Source: Microcoleus sp. (GTDB lineage Bacteria > Cyanobacteriota > Cyanobacteriia > Cyanobacteriales > Microcoleaceae). From it: a stretch of 64,000 bases of DNA. Shown piece by piece: positions 50,323 through 59,461 of the stretch; within the stretch, counting starts at the first letter, position 1; each line of letters opens with the position of its first letter. A program made the position numbers and the translations under genes. The stretch spans positions 3,616,001 through 3,680,000 of the forward strand of contig CP181291.1 of NCBI GenBank assembly GCA_052279835.1. The letters are read 5' to 3'. The notes beneath the pieces were generated by a model. That model was given only the letters and a program-made list of their open reading frames with translations. It was not told the origin of the DNA and searched no databases.

Positions 50323-51078
50323 TTGTTTGGAAATAATATATTAATGATATCAGTTTCTATGACTTCCATGAATATGTTGCGCCAAGAGGCGGAGGCGATC
50401 GGTATTACTGAGGAACAAGCCAGAAAATATGGCAACATTCGACACAGAAGAACTTGGTCTCTGGCGATCGAACATCACCTCTCCATACAATCCGAAGCCG
50501 ATCGCATTCCACCATCTTTCACCACTGGCGAGCCCAATTCCTCCTTTCCATCCACAGACTCTAGACAGAACGAGCATCGGCAAGATTTAAAGGATTACGG
50601 CATTCAACTAACTGCAAATCTAGGGGAATCTGGACCTAGAATAGCACAGCAAACAGCACCAATGATTGCGGCCAAACAGCCAGCAGAACATTCGGTGCCG
50701 CGCAGCAAATCCATCCACCACCTCAAGCAAGCTCGAAGTTTTGACCAAGTAGTTCAAAATCACATTAAAGCCTTAAAAATCGCATCAAATACTCGCACAA
50801 ATTCGCCACATTTATCGAGCTGCAATTGGGTTTGTCCTGAGTGTGGCCCCCAAGCCGGAATTAGCTGTCACCTTTGTGAAGGGACTGGAAATATCACTGA
50901 CATTGCAGCCATTGGATGGACTCTAGCTTATATGGAAATGTTGGGCTGTTCCGCCCGCGAAATAGAACCAATCAGGAGATTATTCCCGGAATCAAATATA
51001 CTGGAATTGAATTTAAAAATTTGTGTAGCCATCAAACAAAGTACCGAAGTTTTAGCCCGCACTGAAAAATGGTTATAG
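50323..51078 (+). CDS. Hypothetical protein with CxxC...CxxC (CPECG...CHLCEGTG) motif
   Basis: 251-aa ORF; true start uncertain (several Met). Confidence 0.55.
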   Translation: MFGNNILMISVSMTSMNMLRQEAEAIGITEEQARKYGNIRHRRTWSLAIEHHLSIQSEADRIPPSFTTGEPNSSFPSTDSRQNEHRQDLKDYGIQLTANLGESGPRIAQQTAPMIAAKQPAEHSVPRSKSIHHLKQARSFDQVVQNHIKALKIASNTRTNSPHLSSCNWVCPECGPQAGISCHLCEGTGNITDIAAIGWTLAYMEMLGCSAREIEPIRRLFPESNILELNLKICVAIKQSTEVLARTEKWL

Positions 51079-51307
51079 AACAAGGAAGAAGGAAGAAGGA
51101 AGAGGGAAGAAGGAAGAGAGCCATTCGACCCTTCGACTAGGCGATCGCGCACCGCTTCGCTGACTGAACCGAGTCAGATCAATTCCGGTTGTATCGGAAT
51201 GATTAAACCACAGAGAAACACAGAGGACACAGAGAAAGAGAAGAGAGAAATAATAATTCCGATGTCAACGGATTTGACATCAGTCCGAGGTCCGAGGGAA
51301 GAAACAG

Positions 51308-51865
51308 TCAACATTCAACAGTCAAAACAGATTCCAGCCCTTTTAAAGCAACTTCCAAATCATCATTAATAACTTGAAAATCAAATTCTCCCGCAGCTTC
51401 AATTTCTGCTTTAGCCCGTAACAACCGACGGGTAATCGCACTTTCAGAATCTAAACCCCGACTCCGCAGACGGCGTTCCAATTCTTCCCAAGAAGGAGGT
51501 AAAATAAAAATTCGCAGCGCCTCTGGAAACTTATCTCTAATTTGTCTAGCACCTTCAAGCTCAATTTCTAGCAATACCAACTTACCCGCTTCGATACCCC
51601 GCTGGAGAGCAAAATAGGGAGTACCGTAAAAATTACCCGCAAACTCAGCCCATTCAACCAATTCTCCAGCCTCAACCATTTCTTCAAAGCGACTGCGACT
51701 GACAAAATAGTAGTGTTGTCCGTCAATTTCTCCTTGACGGGGCCCACGAGTTGTCACCGATACAGAGAGATGAAGTTCGGGATGGCGCATGAGGAGCGAT
51801 CGAACTAAGGTGCCTTTCCCCACACCGCTAGGCCCTGTCAGAACAATTAATTTCCCTGATTTCAT
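51308..51865 (-). CDS. gmk: Guanylate kinase
   Basis: [39 protein letters not shown]. Confidence 0.97.
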   Translation of the reverse strand: MKSGKLIVLTGPSGVGKGTLVRSLLMRHPELHLSVSVTTRGPRQGEIDGQHYYFVSRSRFEEMVEAGELVEWAEFAGNFYGTPYFALQRGIEAGKLVLLEIELEGARQIRDKFPEALRIFILPPSWEELERRLRSRGLDSESAITRRLLRAKAEIEAAGEFDFQVINDDLEVALKGLESVLTVEC

Positions 51866-51944
51866 GTTGACAATAGAAACTTTTAACAATTTAAGTTGTC
51901 GCTCAGTCTAGACTGTAGGCGCTCAAATTGCAACCGTCACCAGC

Positions 51945-52211
51945 TCAATCATCCCGACTTTGGCCCTCTTTGCTCACCACAAAGCGATTAGCCACGGTTT
52001 CCGGCTGAATCGCCGAGAGAATCACATGGCTTGAATCCGTAATAATAACCGCCCTCGTGCGGCGTCCGTAGGTAGCATCCACCAGTTGTCCTCGCTCCCG
52101 CGCATCGGTAATAATCCGTTTAATTGGCGCTGACTCTGGGCTGACAATCGCAATCACTCGATTAGCAGAGACAATATTACCAAAACCGATATTAATTAAT
52201 TGAATATCCAT
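51945..52211 (-). CDS. remA: RemA / DUF370 regulatory protein
   Basis: [28 protein letters not shown]...[16 protein letters not shown]; conserved position upstream of gmk. Confidence 0.93.
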   Translation of the reverse strand: MDIQLINIGFGNIVSANRVIAIVSPESAPIKRIITDARERGQLVDATYGRRTRAVIITDSSHVILSAIQPETVANRFVVSKEGQSRDD

Positions 52212-52672
52212 GAAAAGCTGAATGTATAGGTGAACGATCGACTGTTATTCCTGATTTCTCATCATATATACAAATATTGTTTTTTTACCACTTTCAAACT
52301 CAGTTCAAATATTTTTTTAGTTCTCGACTCCCGGATTCATTCGATCGCAAACTGATTGACCGGAAACAACCCAAATCCCCATCAGTAGCTGTTCCGGCTG
52401 TTTATGAAAACTTTAAGAAATAGCAGCTATTTTGCCCGATATCTGAAAAATTTTGTAAAGTTTTCGATTTATAGTTGCCAATAAAAGCATTATCTGTATC
52501 CAAACAAAATCCACTCTACATGAAAAACTATCAACCACTATTTTTAAGTAAAATTACATACTTAATTCCACAAATACTCAATGGATAATAGCCGTAATAA
52601 TACTGATACGACAAAACCCGGTTTCTGACAGAAACCGGGTTATTTATCCCCTGTGGGTATGTCCTAAGTGGA

Positions 52673-54781
52673 TTAAGCCGCCACTAAACCGCTATGTCTT
52701 AACAAAGCTTGAGTGCTCGGTTCCCGTCCCCGGAAACTTTTAAACACTTCCATCGGGTGCAAACTGCCACCCAATCCTAATACTGTATCGCGGAAGCGTT
52801 TGCCTGTAGAGGCGATCGCCATTTCATCCTCCAAACCCGCTTCCTCAAAGGCCGCAAAAGCATCAGCACTAAGCACTTCCGCCCATTTATAACTGTAATA
52901 ACCCGCTGCATAGCCACCAGCAAAAATGTGTCCGAAAGCGCACAAAAATGCGTCTTCTTCCAGAGGAGGTAAAACAGTAGTAGTTTTAGCAATCCGGTTG
53001 CGGACATCAATCACAGTTTCGTTACCTCCCGGCTGGTAGCGGTGGTGCAATTCGATATCAACACTGCTAAAATGTACTTGTCTGAGCATGGCACTACCAC
53101 TCATGTAATGCCGCGCTGCTAACAGCTTTTGGTAATAATGTTCCGGCAAAGTTTCCCCAGTTTCATAATGCTTTGCCATCCCGAACAACGTAGCGCGATC
53201 GTAACACCAATTTTCCATAAATTGACTGGGCAACTCCACAGCATCCCACTCAACATTATTAATGCCAGATGCTCCCGCATAATCGACCTTGGTCAACATA
53301 TGCTGCAAACCATGACCGAATTCGTGGAACAAAGTTTCTACTTCCAAGAAAGTCATTAAACTCGGTTTACCATCCACCGGCGGACTTTGGTTGCAAACCA
53401 AATATGCCACAGGTAAGCGCGTCTTGGTAACACCCGTTTCCACAAATTTAGCCCGGACCACGCACTCGTTCATCCAAGCACCGCCACGCTTTTCTTCCGG
53501 GCGATTGTAGGCATCTAAATAGAAATAGGCGATCGCCTTTCCTGATTCATCATTTATTTGGAAATAACGCACATCTTTGTTCCACACAGGAGCTTGACCG
53601 TCCGCAGCAATTACTGTCACGCCGAACAGTCGTTTGACTAATCCAAATAACCCCTCCAATACCTGTGGCAAAGCAAAATAAGGACGTAATTCTTCAGCAC
53701 TAAAAGCAAACATTTCTTCCCGTCGCCGTTCCGACCAAAAAGTGACATCCCAGTGCTTCAATTTCCCAGATTCCGGTGCGCCCTTTGCCTTCGCAAAAGC
53801 CTGTAATTCTTCTAAATCTTTAACCGCAGCATTGTAACTAGAGAGGCGCAATTCTTCTAATAAAGCTTCCACTGCTGCAACGTTGGGAGCCATTTTGCTC
53901 GCCAAACTCAATTCTGCATAACTACTGAAACCCAGCAAAGCAGCTTGTTCCTGGCGTAGTGCTAAAATGCGATCGGTCAAGGGCCAGTTATTCAATTCCC
54001 CACTAGAAGCGCGGCTAATAAAAGCTTTGTACAATTTTTCCCGCAAATCAGCGCGGGTGCTGTGCTGCATGAAAGGGCCGTAACTGGGAAAGTCTAAGGT
54101 AATGCGCCAAGGGCCATTTTCAGCATCAGCATTTTCTGCGCCGGCGCTGCGAGCAACTTGGGCTGCTAAACTCAACAAACTCGGAGGCAAACCATCAATT
54201 TCATCTTTGTTGGTGAGAGTGAGACTAAAGGCTTTGGTAGCGTCTAGAACGTGATTGGAAAATAGAGTAGTAGCTTCTGCTAATTCTAATTGAATGGCAT
54301 TAAAACGCTCTTTTTTTTCACCTTCTAAACCGACACCAGAGAGTTCGGCATCTCGGATAGCAGCTTCTACAATTCGCTGTTGAGCAGACTCTAGGCTATC
54401 CCAATTTTCGCTGGCCCGCAGTGCTTTAAAAGCTTCGTAAAGAGGCTTACTTTGACTGAGCTTGCTCCAAAATTTTACTACTTCTGGCTGTACAGTTTCG
54501 TGAGCCGATCGCAATTCCGGGCTATTTTTCACCCCCATCAAATGTCCGACAATGCCCCAAGTCCAATTTAAACGCTCTCCGAGTTCCTGTAGAGGTTCTA
54601 CTAGGCCACTCCAAGTGGGCTTGACAGAGACTTCTAAAGCAGTCAGTTCTGCTTCTAGTTGAGGCAGCAAGTGGGCGATCGCAGGGACAATGTGTTCGGG
54701 CGCGATCGCTTCAAAAGGAGGCAATCCTTTGCCAATTAGTAACGGATTCTCATTCTCAATCATTGTAACGGTTGCAGTCAT
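52673..54781 (-). CDS. prlC: Oligopeptidase A (M3 family)
   Basis: NPLL, KRGGAWM, FHEFGHGLQH, DAVELPSQFMENW, YAAGYYSYKWAEVL, FRGREP. Confidence 0.95.
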   Translation of the reverse strand: MTATVTMIENENPLLIGKGLPPFEAIAPEHIVPAIAHLLPQLEAELTALEVSVKPTWSGLVEPLQELGERLNWTWGIVGHLMGVKNSPELRSAHETVQPEVVKFWSKLSQSKPLYEAFKALRASENWDSLESAQQRIVEAAIRDAELSGVGLEGEKKERFNAIQLELAEATTLFSNHVLDATKAFSLTLTNKDEIDGLPPSLLSLAAQVARSAGAENADAENGPWRITLDFPSYGPFMQHSTRADLREKLYKAFISRASSGELNNWPLTDRILALRQEQAALLGFSSYAELSLASKMAPNVAAVEALLEELRLSSYNAAVKDLEELQAFAKAKGAPESGKLKHWDVTFWSERRREEMFAFSAEELRPYFALPQVLEGLFGLVKRLFGVTVIAADGQAPVWNKDVRYFQINDESGKAIAYFYLDAYNRPEEKRGGAWMNECVVRAKFVETGVTKTRLPVAYLVCNQSPPVDGKPSLMTFLEVETLFHEFGHGLQHMLTKVDYAGASGINNVEWDAVELPSQFMENWCYDRATLFGMAKHYETGETLPEHYYQKLLAARHYMSGSAMLRQVHFSSVDIELHHRYQPGGNETVIDVRNRIAKTTTVLPPLEEDAFLCAFGHIFAGGYAAGYYSYKWAEVLSADAFAAFEEAGLEDEMAIASTGKRFRDTVLGLGGSLHPMEVFKSFRGREPSTQALLRHSGLVAA

Positions 54782-54954
54782 TTAATTTTCTGGTAACAGG
54801 TTGAAAAAAAGTCAGCTAGATAGATTAGCTTTTCATTGTTTAACACAAATAGCATAATCCTGTATTCATCTCTCTGGGATATCCCTCTGCGTTCTCTGCG
54901 TCCTCTGCGGTTAAATCATTCCCATCCAACCGGAAACGACACTACTAACTTTTA

Positions 54955-55818
54955 CTAAGTATTCTGCAACTGCTTCACCACAGAAATTAACCGCTTGAGG
55001 TGTGGTTTAACAACCTCTTGATGTTCCTGTTCCAAGTTATCGATTTGAGCCTTAAAACTAGACAAATCCCCCGATTGTTGTGCTTGAGCCTGCACCTGGC
55101 TTTGGAGATTGGCAATTACTTTCTGGATTTCTAAAAATCGAGTATTGACTCCTTCCCAGTCATCTTGGGTGATGGAAGTTTCTCCCAATAGTTGAGTCAC
55201 GCTTTGCAGTTCCTCAATCGCCTGTTCAACTGCTTCGAGATTTGTCGGTGATCCCACGGATAAATCTTGGAGTTGTTCTCTCACCTGGTGGCGGACATCT
55301 AGGACAGCGGAGGCGACAATTTCCTGCAAAGAAGCTACCGACTGTCCCAAGCTCAGCAACTGCTGCTCAATATTGATGGAATCCTCAAAACTTTCGGGCC
55401 GTGGTAGTGCAGACATTTGCTGGCGGAGTGATTCTATATCTGCGGACAACTGATTACGGACTTTGAGAATTACCGTCGCCGCAGTTTTCTCGACTTTGTT
55501 TACAGACTTTTGCACTGTCGCAATTTCCGAGTTTTGATAAAGCCGCACCTGCTGCTCAAATCGATAACGGTTGGCAACATTCAGCGACAAAGCTAAAGTT
55601 AGGGGTGCCACACCGTAAAAAGCTTGACCCGACAGGGCCACGGCTAGGGAACCGACACCAGAGGCTGCGAGGGAGGCGTATTCTGCCAACTCCAGCCAGT
55701 GTCTTTGAGGGGCTGTTTGTCTCAACTGCTTAGAGGCTGAGGGGTTTGGCTGCCGCAGGACTCTTTGGGTCATAGTATCTTCTCGTTGTTGGTAAGGTTG
55801 CGAGATTGGGTGGAGCAT
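54955..55818 (-). CDS. Hypothetical membrane-anchored coiled-coil protein
   Basis: Hydrophobic hairpin followed by heptad-rich helices. Confidence 0.7.
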   Translation of the reverse strand: MLHPISQPYQQREDTMTQRVLRQPNPSASKQLRQTAPQRHWLELAEYASLAASGVGSLAVALSGQAFYGVAPLTLALSLNVANRYRFEQQVRLYQNSEIATVQKSVNKVEKTAATVILKVRNQLSADIESLRQQMSALPRPESFEDSINIEQQLLSLGQSVASLQEIVASAVLDVRHQVREQLQDLSVGSPTNLEAVEQAIEELQSVTQLLGETSITQDDWEGVNTRFLEIQKVIANLQSQVQAQAQQSGDLSSFKAQIDNLEQEHQEVVKPHLKRLISVVKQLQNT

Positions 55819-56043
55819 CGATGGTTATCCTTTTTAAAACTATATTTCTTAGATTATTTCCTGCCACTCTTAATATTTTTACCTGAGCGAGTCAGTTAAG
55901 GATGGCTGGCATATTATGATATGTCTAGTGTATTTAGCGGTTTGTGGCGATCGGTCAGAACGCGCCCCTATTTTACAGGATTTTGCGCGTAAGTCCTAGT
56001 CAACATCCATTGCCAGTCCCAAATTTATGGTAATAATTGACCG

Positions 56044-56178
56044 ATGAACTCAGAAAAACCCGGAATTGGCGATCGACTCCAGTCTATTTTCACTATCACA
56101 ATCTTTGTGATTCTTGTATTAGGAGTAGGTTTTTTAAGCGTTAATTTTATTTTAGCTCTTTATGCAAAATTTTCTTAA
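56044..56178 (+). CDS. Small single-TM protein (44 aa), not in ORF track
   Basis: MNSEKPGIGDRLQSIFTITIFVILVLGVGFLSVNFILALYAKFS*. Confidence 0.5.
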   Translation: MNSEKPGIGDRLQSIFTITIFVILVLGVGFLSVNFILALYAKFS

Positions 56179-56331
56179 ACCAGATTAGATACCGCAGAAA
56201 CCAGATTTTTGGCGCGAATATTTCCTGACAGCCACAGATGCAATAAAAAAACCAGTTGCTTTAATCGGAGTCTGTAAGTCCTGCTTACAGCCATGCCCTA
56301 GGGGAGGTGAATTCTTGCTTCGGCTATAATT

Positions 56332-56766
56332 TCAACTATAAAGATTATGGTTTGGGTCTAGCCAGACAATATAAAAAACATTTTCACTAAAAAAGCCATG
56401 CACCCGGCCGTATTCATTCGCAGAAATTTGAAACTGGTAGGGAACATTAATTAGGATATCTTCATTGGGAATCCCAAAGCCATTAGGTTCTGTAGTCTCT
56501 TTCCAAGCTATGCCATGACAACGCAGACTTTTACTCTGATTATTGATAACCTCTTGAGCATTCAATTGTGACAAATCGCGCAGCCGTCTCAATAGAGATG
56601 CTAGATACTTAGCATCTCTACCGCTTATAGAGAACTTATCTTTATCATCCTGATAGTACCTAAAGGAAAAACTAATTCCTTCCGGTATTTTTACATCTAG
56701 ACGATTGATGCTAGATAAAGATGGCTGGCGGCGTATATCTGCTTTTTTAATTTTCTTCGATGACAC
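56332..56766 (-). CDS. Putative toxin partner of Panacea antitoxin
   Basis: Overlaps the Panacea gene; ISFSF.Y, LRCH.I.W, YQFQIS, GRVHGF...FYIVWLDPNH (RNase-like, inferred). Confidence 0.65.
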   Translation of the reverse strand: MSSKKIKKADIRRQPSLSSINRLDVKIPEGISFSFRYYQDDKDKFSISGRDAKYLASLLRRLRDLSQLNAQEVINNQSKSLRCHGIAWKETTEPNGFGIPNEDILINVPYQFQISANEYGRVHGFFSENVFYIVWLDPNHNLYS

Positions 56767-57223
56767 GGGTTTTGTAAAATTCTCTCATTAATTCTTTGGT
56801 AATAATAGCATGAGAAGGTTCATCTTTTGGCAAATTGCCTCTAGCCTTAATCCAAGGGTCTTCACGGCGCACCATCAACTCTAACTCATAAGCATCCAGG
56901 AAGAAATACTCGTTGGATAACTCGTCTAAAAACTCTTGTACTTCTTCGGGAAACTCTGGTTTTTCGACTTCTTTGAGAATGGGCTTCCAGTCAAATTGTT
57001 CTTTGTATTCGTAAAATAAAGCCGGGATAGTCGGTCCGTGTACCCACGCTTCAAAATCTTCATCAAACAGCGGTGTATCCTCAAATGCTAAATACCATGC
57101 TTGGGCGTAGTACAATAGTTTTTGTAGCTTGTGGTTGCTGAGGTAGGAGCCGACATCATTGGCGAACCAGATGTAGTAATCAGCGAGTTTAGAGGCTGTT
57201 GTGACTGTAGTTATTGTGGTCAT
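56747..57223 (-). CDS. Panacea-domain (DUF4065/SocA/GepA) antitoxin
   Basis: SNHKLQKLLYYAQAW...LFDEDFEAWVHGPTIPALF...EDPWIKAR. Confidence 0.88.
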   Translation of the reverse strand: MTTITTVTTASKLADYYIWFANDVGSYLSNHKLQKLLYYAQAWYLAFEDTPLFDEDFEAWVHGPTIPALFYEYKEQFDWKPILKEVEKPEFPEEVQEFLDELSNEYFFLDAYELELMVRREDPWIKARGNLPKDEPSHAIITKELMREFYKTRVIEEN

Positions 57224-57371
57224 ATAACTCGACTCAATATGTTTTTTATTTTATGATAGCACAGTCATCGTCATTTAGGATTGGGCGGTTTAAACCGCTT
57301 CTAGATAAACAAAGTCTGCCTCCGCAGACTAAGAAATTAAAAGACTGATTGAGAATGGTGCAATATCTCAG

Positions 57372-58742
57372 TTAGAATCCTTTGATATACTGCTTCAGTA
57401 CAGGTGACAAAGTGTAAAGATTTTCCTGTTTTTCAATCAAGCAGCGTCGCGATAGAGATTGCAAGGCGTTGAGCAAATCTGATGATGATATTTGTCTGTT
57501 TTGGAGCAATTTGGCGAAGCTGACTGGCTGGTTTTCTGTCGCCAACAATGACAGGACTTGTTTTTCTAGTTCGGAAGTGCGATCGTACTGCTCATCTAAA
57601 ACATCTTTCAAATCTTCCGGTAACAATATGGTATCATCTAGTAATAACTCAGTCACGCTGATTCCTAGCTCTTGAATCAAAGTCGCCACGCTTTTTAACC
57701 AGAAGGGATTACCTTGGTAGCGGTGAATGAGTGCTTCGCAGTTATCGATTTCTGCTAATCCTTTATCTCTGAGGATTTCCCGTGCGGCTGCGGTGTCTAA
57801 ACCAGTGAGTTGTAAGGTACGAATGGGAGTATTTTCGCTTGTGAGTTGAGGAACTTCTTTCGGTGGTTCCCAACCGACTAGCAGAAAGCAACTTTGATGG
57901 GATAATTTTTCTATCTGTTTGAATAAAGAGCGATATTCTTCGTATTTTGGTTTATATTTTCCCGCCAATTCGCCGCTACAGAAAAGGTTGTGAACGTCAT
58001 CTAAGACTACTAAGCATCGATGGTTTTGTAAATATTTAATCAGCGGTAAGCGTTTCTGGTTGGTTGGGGATGAATCTAGGTTTTCTGAGTGGGAAAACAA
58101 CTGTGTTAGGTTGGATTGGAATTTATCTATGGTGGGGAATTCGTCTAGGGTGTACCAAACTGCGTACTCAAACTCGTTTTTGATTTGTTGTACGAGTTGG
58201 ACTGCTAGGGATGTTTTGCCGATGCCACTGATGCCGGTGAGGGTGATGAGGCGGCAGTTTTGTTGTAGAATCCATGTTGTGAGGGTTTGGAGTTCGAGGG
58301 TGCGATCGAAGAAATTACCCAACTCCGGCATTTCGCTTAAATCTTGATGTAGAGTTTTGGTTTGTTTTGAGTTAGATGTTTCCTGATTTGGTGGGTGTGA
58401 GTTGGGTATATCTGGTGGGTGTCTACCTTCTCCACAGATATTGAAACTACCGCTCACGTTATGTGCAAAGTTTAAAACATTAGAGTTTTGCAACCTCTCT
58501 ATTGCCGATCGCAAATTTGATTTACTAACATCTTCTCCTAACTCTTCTGAAAGTATTTCCCATAATTCGGCGCCCACTTTCCGAACGCTACTTTCGGAAC
58601 AGTCAAAGTCTTTGGCTATGTGCTTGTATGTCTCGTGTTGTAGAGTGCCTTGGACTACCGCTGCTTGTAAATCGTCAAGGTGTTGACCCGTTTTCTCGAA
58701 GACTATGCGATCGGCAAGTTTTAAGGCTTCTTTCAGGTTCAT
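57372..58742 (-). CDS. N-terminal HTH + NB-ARC (STAND) ATPase + winged helix, no WD40/TPR sensor
   Basis: TYKHIAKDFDCSESSVRKVGAELWEILSEELGEDVSKSNLR HTH; FFDRTLEL, GISGIGKT, LVVLDD, YQGNP, LQSLSRRCLIE. Confidence 0.85.
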   Translation of the reverse strand: MNLKEALKLADRIVFEKTGQHLDDLQAAVVQGTLQHETYKHIAKDFDCSESSVRKVGAELWEILSEELGEDVSKSNLRSAIERLQNSNVLNFAHNVSGSFNICGEGRHPPDIPNSHPPNQETSNSKQTKTLHQDLSEMPELGNFFDRTLELQTLTTWILQQNCRLITLTGISGIGKTSLAVQLVQQIKNEFEYAVWYTLDEFPTIDKFQSNLTQLFSHSENLDSSPTNQKRLPLIKYLQNHRCLVVLDDVHNLFCSGELAGKYKPKYEEYRSLFKQIEKLSHQSCFLLVGWEPPKEVPQLTSENTPIRTLQLTGLDTAAAREILRDKGLAEIDNCEALIHRYQGNPFWLKSVATLIQELGISVTELLLDDTILLPEDLKDVLDEQYDRTSELEKQVLSLLATENQPVSFAKLLQNRQISSSDLLNALQSLSRRCLIEKQENLYTLSPVLKQYIKGF

Positions 58743-58884
58743 TGGGGCTGGGAGAGGTAATTTTTTTGTATTATAGCTCACATGTAAGAACAGTTTAATA
58801 CATTTTTCCACATTTTTGTACAAAAGTAGATTAAAAAGATTGAAAGGGGTGAAAAGTATGTCACAAAATTGAACATTTTTGGGC

Positions 58885-58913
58885 TAGACAAATCTTATAT
58901 TTCTAAATAAGAT
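58885..58913 (+). promoter_or_regulatory. Putative sigma70 promoter TAGACA-N17-TAAGAT for the peptide operon
   Basis: -35 at 58885-58890, -10 at 58908-58913; a hairpin begins 11 nt later. Confidence 0.5.
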
Positions 58914-59016
58914 AATAAGCATCGAATCTGCGGTGTAATTAAGAGTTATGCTGCTTCAGTTATTGGTGTAACTACACTCGTAGATTCTTCAGTGTGAACT
59001 TAAGGATACCCCAAAA

Positions 59017-59157
59017 ATGAAAAATAATCTCACAACTTGCAGCAAGCAAGTAAAGGATGTAAAAGTTATCAAAATCTTGGTTGAGACTTACCCCAGTGTT
59101 CAACCGAAGTTTACAAAATTGAATTGGAGTAGTGGGGAGGGTGATGATAACGCCTAA
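59017..59157 (+). CDS. Putative RiPP precursor peptide A (46 aa)
   Basis: MKNNLTTCSKQVKDVKVIKILVETYPSVQPKFTKLNWSSGEGDDNA*; AAGGA upstream; paralogous to the next ORF. Confidence 0.75.
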   Translation: MKNNLTTCSKQVKDVKVIKILVETYPSVQPKFTKLNWSSGEGDDNA

Positions 59158-59199
59158 TCTGGTTTGAGGTCGGATTCATCAATGTTATCAGGTGTTTGT

Positions 59200-59340
59200 A
59201 TGAAATCTAAGTCGAAACAACAGAAAAATGTTCAATCAGTCGTGATTGGCGTTGAGCCTTACCGAGTTGCCCATCCAAAATTTACAAAGCAAACGTGGGA
59301 AAGCGGTGAGAATGGAGGAGAGGGCGCAGAATCAGGTTAG
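59200..59340 (+). CDS. Putative RiPP precursor peptide B (46 aa)
   Basis: MKSKSKQQKNVQSVVIGVEPYRVAHPKFTKQTWESGENGGEGAESG*; AGGTG upstream; alternative in-frame ATG at 59182. Confidence 0.75.
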   Translation: MKSKSKQQKNVQSVVIGVEPYRVAHPKFTKQTWESGENGGEGAESG

Positions 59341-59369
59341 TAGCTTCAGCAGCATCTAACGGATGAACT

Positions 59370-59414
59370 AATTCAGCCAAGTTCAGACATTAGTAATTCC
59401 AACTTGGTTGAATT
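59370..59414 (+). terminator. Intergenic hairpin between peptide genes and oxygenase (attenuator or 3' stabiliser)
   Basis: AATTCAGCCAAGTT (59370-59383) pairs with AACTTGGTTGAATT (59401-59414), one G-U pair. Confidence 0.55.
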
Positions 59415-59461
59415 TACCTCTTTTATCAGTTTATTCAAAATCCATTTTGAGACTATGTACT

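Noticed and set aside
59017..59340. Assignment of the peptides to known classes (microviridin, cyanobactin, lanthipeptide, Nif11, lasso)
   Set aside because: They lack PFFARFL, LAELSEE, Cys/Ser-rich cores and Nif11 leaders, and none of the matching enzymes (ATP-grasp, PatA/G, LanM, lasso cyclase, radical SAM) is present.
59408..59461. TTG start of the JmjC gene given by the ORF track
   Set aside because: It lies within the intergenic hairpin; the recognisable family N-terminus (ILSEILNPITIEEF) begins just after GTG 59462.
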